Of a stretch of 64,000 bases of DNA, positions 38,951 through 52,296 are shown one piece after another. The number at the start of each line of letters is the position of its first letter. Position 1 is the first letter of the stretch. Under the pieces are notes generated by a model, which saw only the letters and a program-made list of their open reading frames with translations, was not told where the DNA came from and did not search any database. Source of the DNA: Oopsacas minuta (taxonomy: Eukaryota; Animalia; Porifera). A program made the translations under genes and the position numbers. The stretch is taken from NCBI GenBank assembly GCA_024704765.1, contig JAKMXF010000222.1, forward strand, positions 744,001 to 808,000. Reading direction: 5' to 3'.

Positions 38951-40544
38951 TTGGAAATAATGCTCGATAGCAATAGAAATAAGTTATCAAACTGTAGTTT
39001 TAATCGTAAATAAAATTTTATGATGATTTATTAAAATATACGTATAACCAATTTCGTACAGAGGCGCAGCTGGTAAAAATTTCCAGATGCCGTCTCCCTG
39101 TCGCATTAATGATCAGTGTGGCGCATTTCATAACGGGCGGCAACATCACGGTTAACTTTTCGAAACATTTATTCATTTCATATTGTACGGTATTACAAAA
39201 CGTCAAATCTAACTAACTAATTATCCATGAAGTTGTTTGAATTTATCATCTCTTATTTGGAAAGCAACACAAAATAGATTTACAACTACAATTCGAATAT
39301 TCATAACCTAAACACAAATATCATATACAACCGCATAAAATTTGGCGCATTAGGCTTCGTTTTATATAGTAAACATCTATAAATGAGAATCGAAAATATT
39401 AGGTATATCCAAAATTCATAATTCATAAACAAACAAAAATTCGTAATTAGTACGAAATATTAGCGGGCAGCTAAAGGGTTTGGTCGGAATTTGGGGACCC
39501 CTGTAATAGAGAATCGTTTATAGGAATTATATAACTCATTGTAGTTTAATATAAGTATCATCATTTAGAAAATTTAGAAACTGCTCATCTTCTTTCATAG
39601 CCTTCTCGTTCTCGGGTAAATAAACAATAAACTATATTGTGGTATTTCAAGTCGGTCATGTAAAGGAACAGGCAAATAATATGGAGGCCTCTTTAGAATA
39701 ATTAAATTAACTTCATTTCACAAACACCAAACATGTTTAAGAATATCATGGAGATATTTCAATACTAAGAGGCATAGGCGTACAATTGCACTAAGTTCTG
39801 GGGCCGGGCGAAATAGTGAATGGATGTACACAGCGAAAGTCTTAATTTATGAGCTGCAATATAATTGCACACAAATTACGAATTAATTATGCTGACATTG
39901 AAGTCAACAGTAATCGGAGGGGGAGAACTATGAATGCCTGTACAAAATGGATAATGACCCTAATACCTCTTGTGTGAGAAATTAGTACAATTATCTTACG
40001 AGCGAGATAAATTTCAGAGTTTGAGCGCTTTTCCAAATGGCCGACGTATAATGATATGATCTGGCAGAGAGGGTCTATAATTACCCCAAGAACGCCTGTA
40101 AATAACCTATAAACTCATAATAAACTGATTCTTTAATAAATATCTCAGGTGCCTCAATTAATCGGTAAGACTGATAAGTTTAATGTGTACTCGGTTAATA
40201 GCGACCAAAATCTGGAATAAATGAAATTAGTTTTATGTAAGTCAACTGTACGATATATTCACTCTCGTATAAAATAACATTTGCTTTGGGGTTGAAACGA
40301 ATACACAGAATATTAGTTTCAATATTTTTGTATGAACCACAAGTTGATTATGGATTTATTCATAATTTCATTATAATAAGTAATAATGATAATACCTAAT
40401 GGTAAGATAATATAAATACAATAGTTTTCATCAGAAATTGCGATGAAGGTGTGAAATGCTTAGTTATCAAACCGAAATAATATAAGTTTCAGCCATACTT
40501 TAGTAATTATAAATTAGATCTAAACTGTTGATGCACATGTGATA

Positions 40545-41874
40545 TCAGGGGGTTCAATAAGCCATGCGGGTCATGATATATCTTAGGAATTAGTCAAGTA
40601 ATATATCTAACTTTCATATATTATAAGCTCATATAGTTAAACTCCATATACTGAAAGTTTCAAGCTTATTCAATACAAATTATGAATTTTTGAGATAGTT
40701 ACGTGTAGTCAATTCATACCTACTGTTGAATTTATGGCTTCAAAGGATGATAATTTCAACCTCAAATGGCGAGCTTACATAGAGTTCCCACAATACTCAA
40801 GATCCAGCCCGTACAGATCTTCAGCGAGTTACAGGAGATATTGTGCGTGGATTGCCCTTCCAGATCTACAGTAGAGCGATGGGCTGCCCGTTTTAGATCT
40901 GGTGATGCTGATGTTACAGATTTGCCTGGATCTGGAATACCAGTATCCGCCACCACTTCAGAGAATATCACACTCATTGAAAGTATGGTCATGGAAGACA
41001 AGTGCATTACTGTCGATCAGTTAGAACAAAGTATGGAGATTTCATCGGGAGCTATTCATACAATTCTGACGACTGAGCTTGGCTACCAATCGATTTGTGG
41101 GAAATGGGTCCCGCATAAGCTCAGTAAGAATCAAAGGTTGGCACGACTGATTTTTTCCAAGAAACTCTTGGGAACTTATGAGAACTGCGATTCTAGACGC
41201 CTAACAGAGATTATTACTGGTGACGAGACGTGGGTCTACTATTCAACACCATATAGCAAGTATAAGAAGCGATCATGGGTGAGGGGCGACGAACAACTGG
41301 CGAAAATTCCTAGGCCCGACTTCAGAAAACCTAAGATTATGTATCCCATCTTCAGTAGTCATGGAATTGTCTTGCAATTACCTTGTGAGAGTGGCAAGGA
41401 TGTTATTGCTACTTTCTTTACAGAGCAAGTGCTTCCAAATTTGATAAAAAATATAGAAAAGTACCGCCCGAAACCGGAACTCGAGGAATTAAGATTTTAA
41501 TTGATAACGCCAGTTCCCATACAGCTAAGCTCACCAAAGATTTCTTGGATGTAGAAGGGTTAGAATTACTTCCCCATCCACCATACTCACCAGACCTAGC
41601 TCCGTGTGATTTTTGGCTATTCCCCAAGCTTAAAATCTACCTTCAAGTCAAAGATTTTAACACATTACAAGCACTCGGAACGGGCCTGTACCAATACTTC
41701 AAATCCATCCCCGAAGAAGAGTACAGAAATGTGTTTTACAAGTGGGTGGAAAGGTTAAAACTCTGTGTATCTGCAGGAGGGGATTACTTTGAATAAATAA
41801 TATAGTGAATTAGTGTGTATAGTGTTTGTATCAAATTCTATGATATCACCCGCAAGACTTATTAAACGCCCTAG
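40545..41874 (+). mobile_element. mariner element (DD34D), full length, frameshifted transposase 40734-41796
   Basis: TA-flanked imperfect TIRs; MASKDDNF..., WVPHKL, TGDETW, IDNASSH...YSPDLAPCD with 34-residue spacing; 1-bp deletion near 41470 relative to the minus-strand copy. Confidence 0.97.
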
Positions 41875-42406
41875 TAAAAATAGTCTAAATGGATATTTAG
41901 GTGCTTAGGATTAAAATTTTGCCCCTCGCTACACTCGCACGTATATAAAATTAGAGAGAACATGACTTGAGAACGGATAGAAAAGTGGAAATATTTAGTG
42001 TCAAGTTATAACATTGGCTCAGAAATAATTCATGTGAATTTCTTTTAATATTTGCACGAAGTGATCATGAATTAGGATTATGAATGTGGATGCAGTATAT
42101 ATAATATTACTAGAAAAGGAACCATGGACGGCTAGCTGGTATTATCATTATTCAGTGCACCATTGCGACACTGAATATGCCGGGAGCGATTAGATAATGA
42201 GGGCATACTTCTAACTATTGTCATTCAAATCACTCGATGCAGTGATAATATACCCTACATTTCTCCTCATTCGCTACGCTCGCTCGTAGTTTGAATAATA
42301 TATTCAGAAACTAAAAGGCAGACATTAAGAAATAACCGATAACTCCTCCCCCATTTATGTGATCTGCACCGCACTATCTTCATTTTGTTACGCCACAACC
42401 CCAGAC

Positions 42407-42994
42407 TAGAGATGCACCAGATCCAGAATACAGTGCATGCCTAATTGCTTACATTTATATTCTCATGAATGGCAAATAATTTCTGGTTCACCAAACAAAG
42501 CTACTAGATCTGATAAATAATTAGTCTCCCACTAATGTAATACTAAGAATTCCTGAATTGAACATAGAGACCGTATTGCCTCGAATAACAGTCGGTGCGA
42601 TTATTAATTTCAAGCCCTCTTGAGAGTTTCGATTTTCGTTAACACGTGAGTTTCTATATAATCATGCCTATGTGCTTGCATGGGTATTTATTGTAACAAA
42701 CAGTAGATTGACCAAAATAAAGGAGAAATAACCATTCCCTGTAAGCAGTAAAGGTTTTAGGAGCCTCAGGAGAGGCGATTATACGAGGTAATACGATTTA
42801 TATATATTCACATACTAGTCAATATAATTATGATACATTAGAATTTAGTGATTATGTAATGCATTTCGATACTCAAGTCAGGTAATTGGTGCATCGGGTC
42901 AAGAATTTGTGGATTTGGATCATGGTCTTAGGATCGGGCCGGATCCAGATCCCACAAAAATTGTCAAGACCCGGACGGATCCGGTGCATACCTA
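42407..42994. mobile_element. hAT-like MITE
   Basis: TIRs TAG(A/G)(G/T)ATGCACC(A/G)GATCC; subterminal GGATC repeats; TSD not preserved. Confidence 0.55.
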
Positions 42995-43795
42995 GTGCAA
43001 TCGCTGGCTACGCTCGCTCTTTGCCCGCCCCTCTTTTCCAAATCCTAGATCCCACTAAATTTTCATGAGATAGAATAAATCGAATCATAGTGGTATTTAA
43101 AAGCATGTCAATACACTTAAATATGGCTCAAATTGAAAACCGGTAATTTTCGGCTCGCCTCGCTCGGATCTTAACATAAATATCATGTTACATTACCCTT
43201 ATCTCTGGCATAACCATTAATTGATTTTGGGGAAGTTGCGTGAACTGTAACGCTGGGCATGTACAAGTATTATGAGTGGAGCTGTCCTGGATTAGGATTC
43301 TCTAATACGACCGGATCTGTATATCAAGCCATCAGAGACATCCCAAAAATACCCCAGGATGCCAAAAATAAGCCAACGAGGTATTCCAATTTCATTAATC
43401 AACTTCCAACATACCAACATATTCGGTATTCGTATATATGGGCAGAAACGAATATTTTACTAAACGATTGAATTTTCGAATATACGTTCGTTTTGATGAT
43501 TAAACATTTAACACCTCCAAAAAATACACATTTTAAATTACCGTTAGGTACTACAAGATAGTATTAATTGATCAGGTATCATGACCTATCATTATTACTT
43601 CATATAAAATTATGAAGAATGCATTAATATAAAGTGGTTCATTAAACGGTATGAAACCAATATTTTTTGATAAGAACGAACATTCGTTCATATATTTCGA
43701 ACGAATATTCGAATATTTGGTATATTCGTTTCAGCCCTTTACTATAGTATATATACATAAATAATTGTGTTCAAATAGACAGATTAAAAACTCAC

Positions 43796-43983
43796 TGGTT
43801 GATTACTGGACTAACGAAATCAGTTTGTGAGATGGTAGACTTATGTTTATCAGGTGTGAAATCGTCTAAATCTCTTCTCATCAGCCTATTGCAAAGGGAA
43901 GATTTGCCAACGCCTACATCCCCGCCTGCAGAGGGCTTACCTACGATTGACAGACTCAACACGATAGGAGTATTCTTAGCCAT
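43796..43983 (-). CDS. ARHGAP35/5-like: p190 RhoGAP coding exon 1 (P-loop)
   Basis: MAKNTPIVLSLSIVG...GVGKSSLCNRL...STISQTDF..PVIN matches p190 NISVVG...GIGKSCLCNRF...SVLSTSDF..RVVN. Donor CA|GTGAGT (phase 2) joins exon 2 to give NQDHFLYWG. Confidence 0.95.
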
Positions 43984-45261
43984 TCTAGAGTAGGATATAA
44001 TAAAATAAACAAGGAGTATAAAACAACAACAGGGTGAAATAATCAACATAGGCATATGAGCAAGGACGCATAGAGGGGAGAGGGGCCAAGCAGTGTGGTA
44101 AAATGGCCAATATGGGTAATAGGTACTTACACTGAAGATATTACCTAAAAAGGTTGTAAAATATAGTAAATTGACCCTGTAGATTTCATAGATGCATCAG
44201 ATTTTCAGTTGCACTTCTGGAAACGGGACTACTACGTAATCACGGATTTTCATGTAATTAATAATTATGTTCAAGAATTAATGACTTCTAATTTTTGGAC
44301 TGATTTATATCAGCCCTATTCAATGATGTAACTCGAATAATAATGTGTATCTGAATTAAAATTCAGCATAGGATACTTCACAAAATGATATTAATGAATT
44401 AGAAATAATCATAAAATGATATACCGAAAACTAAAATTCTTTCAAATTACATTTCATCCAAATCGGTGTACCCCATAAATTCAATAACAAGAAAATATAA
44501 TACGGCCTTGGACGGGTCTAGAAATTATTGAAAGTGAAATTTAGAAAGATTTATTGTCCAAAATTCTAGGCTATTGAACTCGCAATTATTTACTTTTTAA
44601 GATCGGGGGCTTTGACATGTAGGTTAAGGAGCTAAAATATGTATACAAATAGAAGGCTAAAAATGCTTGAGATTGAAAATTTGTAGTTTTTCAGGTTTTC
44701 AATTTCAATTTTAGCCTAAGTTTGAGACATTGGTTAGGCATCATATAAGTTCAAAAGGTAACTAAAAATAGCATATTTCTATGTGTTGAAATCGTGTAGA
44801 TTCGAATGTACACATTCATTTGGTGTATCGATGTCAAAATTATACGGCCGCCCGGGGAGGCTGCCTCGGCGGCACTCTTAGGGTCCTATACTTTAGATTC
44901 ATCTTAACTCTTAATTTTCTTATTTACTTTAATAATTATATCAGTACCTTAAAATGTACAGTGGGCAAAAGCAGGCACCTTGGGGGAAATAGGCATGTAT
45001 CTAAGTAACTTCATTGTATCTGAACCTATGTGTGTACAGTATGTCGATGTAGAGAAAAAGAAGGGAAACACCAAAATTAACCTAAGATTATACTATCAAA
45101 AGTTCAGCGTGATTTCATAAATATGTTCAACATATAATGTTATGGTTTGATAATTTCTGAATATTGGTAACTCATGAGTATTAAAAGATAAACAAATAAT
45201 GTAGTGAAATTTTAGATCAACCAGAGTTTTACCTGATATATCCATATGCATAGCCTACTCT

Positions 45262-45760
45262 AGTATGAATCCCGGAAATTTCGTCCCCAGGAATTTTCGT
45301 TCCCGGAATTTTCGTCCCAGGAAATTTCGTTCCCGGAAATTTCGTCCCCAGGAATTTTCATCCCCGGATTTTTCCTTTCCAGGTGATTCAGTGTCCCTTG
45401 TTATTCAGGTTATATTCATGCATCTAGAGGATAAATATGGTTTAATTAATTATTGAAATAGGGATGTGAGGAATAATACAATAGTTAAACCAAAAATTGT
45501 ATGCGATTCCCCTAAGATATGTCGTCATATCCCTGATCTCATAATCTCCAACAAGTAACTGTATACGCTCATCTTGTTCAATGGACTTTTTGCTGCGTAC
45601 TATTGTATCGCCAGACTCCCACTTTATCAGTTTGGCCTCTTGTAGTGACTGTTCTCGTTGCAAAGATTTGAACAGCTTTGACACACTAGGGTGGGAACAA
45701 CTAACGCTAGAATTAATGCATTGTGCCACCCCTCAACTACGTTATTAGTTCGTGGTAGTT
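45262..45760 (-). mobile_element. MULE transposase 3' fragment with subterminal 15-16-bp tandem repeats
   Basis: CSHPSVSKLFKSLQREQSLQE...YLRGIAYNF (ORF 45442-45729), followed by about 7 GGAA(A/T)TTTCGT(T/C)CCC units at 45262-45375. Confidence 0.8.
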
Positions 45761-45863
45761 GTTGACGTACCCTTTCGTACATGTTCCAGATTCTGATAGG
45801 AAAGGGCGGGATCCTTCTACTGTTATTAGGAAGTCTTTTACCAATATAGTTATCTTAAAAATA

Positions 45864-47100
45864 CAGTCTGTTACATAATTATTTAGAATGGAGATGTTTT
45901 GTTACAAAACCTCAGTACTTTGTCTTACTTCACTCAGGCTACTTGTGTTTCGCTGTCCATAATGGCTTAATGATATATTTTGCTAAATTCCCTCAACCAA
46001 GTCATTATCTTATTTTTCCGGAAATTTTACTCTAAAATATTAATTATGACTTCATGTAAATATTCATTTTGACCTCCATTACTATTATTTACCTTAATTA
46101 TTTCCCTACTTGACAATCAGCTCTGAAAATGACTCAATACGAGAAGAGGGAAATTGTGAAGACACTCCTACAATCCGGGAAGCTTTTGCCCAAGGAAATC
46201 TCTGTTAATTGTGGAATTTCCTTAGCTACAGTTTACAATGTTAAACGCCGATTAGATGAAGGTGTACCGCTATCTCACCAAAAGGGCGCAGGGAGACCCA
46301 ATAACTTGCGATCTTCCATCAAATTGTCTATTCTTCACCGGGTACGATGTAAACCATACCTCTCTTTGCGAACATTAGCAAGTCGTACAGGTAATAAGGC
46401 TTCCTATCAGACTGTCCGGAGAGTGTGAAGGACAAATCTTACAACAAACCTTACCCTGTTCAGATCCCTATGCTGAGTGAAAAATCGCATGTGCAGGATA
46501 GAATGGGCAAAAAAGTACAAATACTCGAAGAAACAATGGGCCCAAACAATATTTCTTGACGAGATGTCAATCTGGCTCTCAAGGGGAAGATTAAGGATGT
46601 GGACAAAATCCAACAAAAAAAGGATCGCCCCAACAACGAAGCATGTTCCAAAGATACACGTGTGGGCTGCATTTTCATCTATGGGTACATTCCCATTGTG
46701 CGTTTTCACTAACAATATGAACAGTGGAATGTTTTTAGATATAATGGAAGGATATTTGATAACTCAGGCACAGGTATATCATAAAAGTCACTGGCGATTG
46801 GTGATGGATAATGATCCAAAACCCACCTCGCAAAAGGTCCGCACCTGGTTGGCAGAAAAATGTACCAAATCTGAGTCCATGGCCTTCACAAAGTCCAGAT
46901 CTTAACCCCATTAAAAAGTATTCGCATGGGTGAAGCGAGAGATACTTAAGCTAGGCCCAAAGACAATTCCAGAACTGAAACTCAATTTAGAAGCGGTCTG
47001 GAATCGTATTCAACCAGATTTTCTTAAAGCTTACTGGGAATCAATGCCCAGAAGATGCCAACTAGTAGTAGAGGGCAACGGGTATCCTATTAATTATTAA
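45864..47100 (+). mobile_element. Degraded Tc1-family element (DD34/35E)
   Basis: HTH region with GAGRP, FLDEMS, KIHVWAAFS, MDNDPK, and (shifted) WPSQSPDLNPI..VFAWVK...NGYPINY*. Candidate left end TA|CAGT at 45864; right TIR not found. Confidence 0.88.
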
Positions 47101-47539
47101 GATCTATTACTTCACTCTGAATTTGGGGTATATATGGCAATGTATACTGTAACTCTAATAATTTGATATAGGCTGATTTCTGCAAAGATCGGCGTCTATT
47201 GGTGCAGTGCAAAGTAGGAAATAATGCAATCAAAAGCAAAAATCCCTATTTTCGTTAAGTCACTGACTTCAAGAAAAGGTCGAGCCGCATTAAGCCAATA
47301 AGAGCATGGATACAATTTCAAATATATATTAGTCAATGGTAAATGTCCAGCGAAGATAATTTACATTAAATCAAGACCTTAACATAATTGCCATTCCTTG
47401 TCAAATTCGAAATTTCTCTCACTTCATTCTCTCCCTACAATTAATATGCAACATAATTATATTAATTAATAAACTATTGTTTTATTTATCAATAATTTAT
47501 TATCCTATTAATTCACGCATGTGTATAACGCCCATCCAT

Positions 47540-48350
47540 GTTGTTCCCATTCAATTTTCCAGCTATACACAATTCATTGCGAGAAAGATGGATACATCAT
47601 TCCATGCATATATGCACTGATGTTAAACAAGCTTCAATCTCATACTATGAACTACTCAAAAAATTAAAAGAGATCGAACCTGAATTTGATCCGTCATCCA
47701 TTGTGGTGGATTTCGAAAAAGCTCCAATTAATGCTCTAGAAGAAAATTTCCTAGCTGTTATATCTGTTTTTTTTTTTTTTTCATCTGTCGCAGAGTATTT
47801 ATTGTCTAATACAGTCGAGAGGGGTGGCCACACTATATCTCGAAGATGAGGAATTAGCAATAAAAATGAAGATGTTAGTAGTTTAGCTTTTGTGCCGGAA
47901 TTTGAAGTCATTGATTGCTTCACAATATTGATTGGTAATTTTCCGGAATCAGGTAAAGGGGGTAGCTGAATATTTTGAAGTTAATTACATCAGGAAGAGA
48001 CGTGAAGATCAAAGTAGACGAATACCACGCTTTCTTATTCGAATTTGGAATATGTTTACACGAGTAAGATCCAGATTACTCCGAACAAATAATTCAGTCG
48101 CAGGATGGCATAATGCCTTTAAATCAGGAATCACTTGTTCACACCCAAGTTGTAAAGCTCATAATGCACCTGCAACGTGAGCAATCTCTACAGGAGGCAA
48201 CTCTAGTCAGATGAGAGACTAGTGAAGTGTCAAGAACTTCAAAGCACAGTGAATCTAGAAATCTCAGAATCATGAGACTAGTTGAAGACTACGAGAATAG
48301 AGAGATTCTAACATATCTAAGAGGAATGGCGCATAATTTTGATTCCTAAT
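47540..48350 (+). pseudogene. MULE transposase C-terminal remnant
   Basis: DPSSIVVDFEKA, SLAFVP, YFEVNYI, IWNMF, RTNNSVAGWHNAF, LQREQSLQE and YLRGMAHNF. Confidence 0.88.
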
Positions 48351-48454
48351 ATGAACATTATACTTATTTTCATTAATACTTCTGTCCTTCTCTTAAATTG
48401 CAAATTATAAGATCATAAAATTAATATATTCTCTCATTACATTTATTAAAATTC

Positions 48455-48745
48455 TTGAGTATTGGATATGTAATTGCCAACGTAATATCTAGGCAACCAA
48501 ATGTCCAGGGAATCAAATGTCTGTTTCCTGTATTTTGCATTACCAAGGATCAAACCGAGGTGACGTATAATAAAATATTCTCTACACTAAAGGAACACTA
48601 TCCATCATTGAACCCTGCTTCGATGATTATCGCCAATGAAATACCTTCATTGATCACATTATCATGGAATTTCCCAAATGGTGAAATACGATTATTATTA
48701 TTTTACTTTGGGCAAGCAATTTGGAGAAACATTTACGGATTCTAA
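48455..48745 (+). pseudogene. Further MULE transposase fragment
   Basis: LFPVFCITKDQTEVTYNKIF..LK...LNPASMII...FYFGQAIWRNI matches the MULE core P.x..Y..IF and F-H-x-x-Q-A-I-W-R pattern. Confidence 0.65.
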
Positions 48746-48827
48746 TAAAAGTGAAGTAATGTTAATCTATTAGAGCGGTTAAGAAAGCTATAATAACACA
48801 TAACTATGGACTATTACTAACCACATA

Positions 48828-50123
48828 CAGGGTGTCTAATAAGTTCTGTCCTCAATGTTTTGCCTGCCATATTTTCTATATTAACCAATTTGGTTGATAT
48901 TTAACAAACTGATAAAATATTTAGTAATAAATTGTTTAGTAAAGTGTTTACTCAATATATCCTCCCTTTTGAGAAATTACAGCCTGTAGCCGCGTCCTAA
49001 AGTTCCCTCTGCATTTCGCAGCTCATCTTGTGGTATTTTCTGCCATTCATGCTGAAGGGAGAGCTTCAGAGAGTCCAAACTCTTGTGAAGTTTAGCACAG
49101 GCCCTTGCCTCCAGATTAGCCCAGACGCGATAATCGAGCGGATTCAAATCTGGACTAGATGGGGGCCATTCGTCTTTGCTAATAAACTCTATTTTTCTTG
49201 CCCTTAACCAGTCTTGAGTGCTTTTGGATGCATGTGCAGGGGCAGAATCCTGTTGAAAGATCCAAGTGTTATTTCTAAATAGATTTTGCCCAGCTACACT
49301 GATTTCCTTTTCCAAAATCAATTCTTGGTATGTCGCAGAGTTGATTTTGACCCCTTGGGGGACAAAAATCAGATTTGTCCGTGCATTTGCGGACACACCA
49401 CCCCAGACATTGGCTTCTGCACTCTATCGATGTATTTCAGGTTTTCTGGGATTGCTGTGGAACTGGTAGCAAGAATCCGATCATTTTGTCTGTTCCAAGC
49501 CTCTTCAACGTGAAAATTTTCTTATCTGAGAAGAGGATTTGGTCTTGGGCCCCCAGGAGCGAACCGCTGAAGAAGTGCTTTCGATCTAGCCAGCCTCTTA
49601 TTCCGAATACTGGGTTAAGGTGGTATACCTTCTTTCTTTTAAAAGACTTAAGCCCTAGATCCTCAACTACCAGCTTTCGCATCGTTTCATGATTAACCGA
49701 TAACTCACGGGCCATTTTCCTGATGGATCTCCGGGGATTCCGAGAAATTCGGCAGCGGACTTTGTTTTTCAAGGCTGGAGTCCTTACAGGCCTTGGACGA
49801 TCAGATCTAGGTTTATCACTCAAGTTTCCAGTATCCTTATATCGTTTTATGGTACGATATATTAGCTTAGGTGAAACCTTTCCATTTTTTAGCTTTTGAA
49901 AAATTTCCTTTTTTGAGCTACCTATCTCGAAAAGTGCGATAATTTTGGATCTAATTTTTTCAGCCATTATTTTCGCAAGTGTAAATAATATTATGTAGGA
50001 GCCTATCATATCGTTAGAAAGAGCCGAAGTGTTACAAATTATGCATCTAAAACTGCTTGTGTGTTCATACGTAGCTATGCAATGAGATGTGATTTATGAG
50101 GACATAACTTATTAGACACCCTG
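48828..50123 (-). mobile_element. DD37D (maT-type) element, full length, frameshifted transposase 49967-48948
   Basis: TA-flanked 28-bp TIRs CAGGGTGTCTAATAAGTT(C/A)TGTCCTCA; FSDKKIF, QQDSAPAH...WPPSSPDLNPLD with 37-residue spacing, GGYIE*. Confidence 0.97.
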
Positions 50124-51570
50124 TATTTCCGCTTTGATGTCTAATTTAAACTAAATCTCGAATATAAGAATATTACAGGTAGCTTTCAATAGCCATCAAA
50201 GAACAAATCATAATAATTATATAATCAAATTCAAGTGCCTATAACTTTAATAGAAACATTTTAAAGACATATCCTGGAAACAGTATTAGCATGCATGAAG
50301 AATCATTTGGTGTAACTCTATACTACTGAATGAACTAATAGTAAATATTACTCGTTTTACTTTACATTACAAACTTTCATTCTAAGAGGAGGTAAGAAGA
50401 TAAGACCTCCAAAACGGTCAAAATATCAAGAATTTGTGAAATTTTCGGGTCATACTTCGTTTCCTTCTTTAGCAGTCCTTGTTAAGTAGCTTCTTGCTTT
50501 TGCTTATGGTATTATCAGTAAATAAATAATTGGATCCCAATCTACATATTGCATGGCCATTTCAGGACAAGTCGAAATATATTCTACAGTAGTTAATTCT
50601 TAAACTTAGCTTCGAAGTTTTAGTTAAGTTTCATATTTTATATTCTTATCCATAGTCCAAATAATGAATAATTACATTTTCTAAGGTTATGGGTGTACAT
50701 AATTTTGTCTTCATAAATACTTCCATTCCCTGTTATGCAGCCAAATTTTCGGGGACCCGTGACCTAAGTAACATAATAAATTGCGCGGCATGACCTACGG
50801 CCTACTTAAAATATACTGCTGTATATGTTACCGAGAAGGATTGAAAACAAGACGCCAACAGGAAATGTCTTTTTATGACATATCTCCAGAAATATATGTT
50901 TTAGAGCAGAGGTATATATTAATGACATATAGGGATATGGTAGCGAAGTATGTATTTCTATTGAGAAATATGACTTCTCATCATGTGGTTTCGCAAGAGC
51001 TATTTTTAGAACGAAAAATGTTACTTTTTAAACTATGTTTAAACCATGTTCTCAGTGTTTTTAGGGCTTGACAGTTCTATATAATGAATAGTATATATGA
51101 AAACAATAGTTGATATGAATGGAATGTGAACACATTCTTGTGTTGCTAAGGGAACCTTTTTCATTTAAGTTATAACTAAAAAACTATGAGTGCTATGGCT
51201 CTAAAATGTATACTAATAGTACTGTAATAGTCAACTTCCTATTTACTAATAATATAGTTCATCTGCTTTTTTTCATACTTTTTGAGATATTTTGACACTT
51301 ACTATATAGATGGTAGTCATATAATATATGAGAAATGTCAATATATCTCAAGTATCACTTTTTTTGCCCCTATGGTCACACTCTCGATGCTACTACGTGT
51401 AAGTATGAGGCTCAAGGGGAGGGAGTGGAACACCTGAACAGGTCTCTACGTAAATTTTAAGATTTCCACTATTTGTTTACTGTAATAGTAATATATACAA
51501 CAAATATCTTTACATAAGAGAAATTTGAAAATGCCCAAAAATCAGTTCCAGCTTACCTTGTTACCACATG

Positions 51571-52225
51571 GTAGCCGTTTAGAGCAAGCCTGTATGTATA
51601 TTTTATTATTTGGCTAATTTGTTTACTTTTATACTCATAAAAATAGCAATAAATTTACGTAGGAAAAACTTGATATTGCGAAATTCGGATTCAGCGTATT
51701 GTATTATCCCAGTATACAGAGACGGATTATGGGTATATTGGGCCCCAGGCGAACATTAACCACGGACCTTTAGGAATTTATTTAGGGACACCTCGAATAT
51801 ACTTCTACAGGCACCTTTGGGATCATTTAGGCTCGGGTCCCGGGCGACCGCCCCATCCCCCCCCTTAATCCACCACTTCTTGTGTAGCCGTTTAGAGCAA
51901 GCCTGTACTTATAATTTGAGATTAGCTAATTTGTTACTTTATATTCATAAAAACAACAATATATTTACATATGATGAATCCAAAAGTGTGAATATCGGAT
52001 TCAGGATTTCGATATTTTAGTGAAGTTTTATTGAATTCTGTTTACTTCCTTGATAAACACGATAAATACATAGTTATACGACGATTTCAAAATTGCATAC
52101 CTTGAATCCTTTCCTTGACAACGGACAAACAAATAAACAGACAACATTGAGAATTAATGATATACATATTATTGATATGCAAATATATTGTTGTTTTTAT
52201 GAATAGGCTTGCTCCAAACGGCTAC
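51571..52225. mobile_element. Compound non-autonomous repeat (tandem TAGCCGTTTAGAGCAAGCC ends with an inverted partner and a nested GC-rich MITE)
   Basis: TAGCCGTTTAGAGCAAGCC at ~51572 and ~51885, inverted GGCTTGCTCCAAACGGCTA at ~52206; the interior matches 34620-34875; an unrelated GC-rich insert occupies 51716-51877. Confidence 0.6.
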
Positions 52226-52296
52226 CCATCATATAATATCATTTAATAATATATATGCCAAATACGTATATTTTGTGAATTACATTGTTCTAAATA

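Noticed and set aside
39018-39206. ORF ending KCATLIINATGRRHLE, reminiscent of a Tc1-like C-terminus
   Set aside because: Too short, with no catalytic motif or TIR to support a call.
45262-45375. Tandem arrays here and at 36960-37110 as CRISPR-like repeats
   Set aside because: No unique spacers, units are short and degenerate, no cas genes, eukaryotic context; they are TE subterminal or internal repeats.
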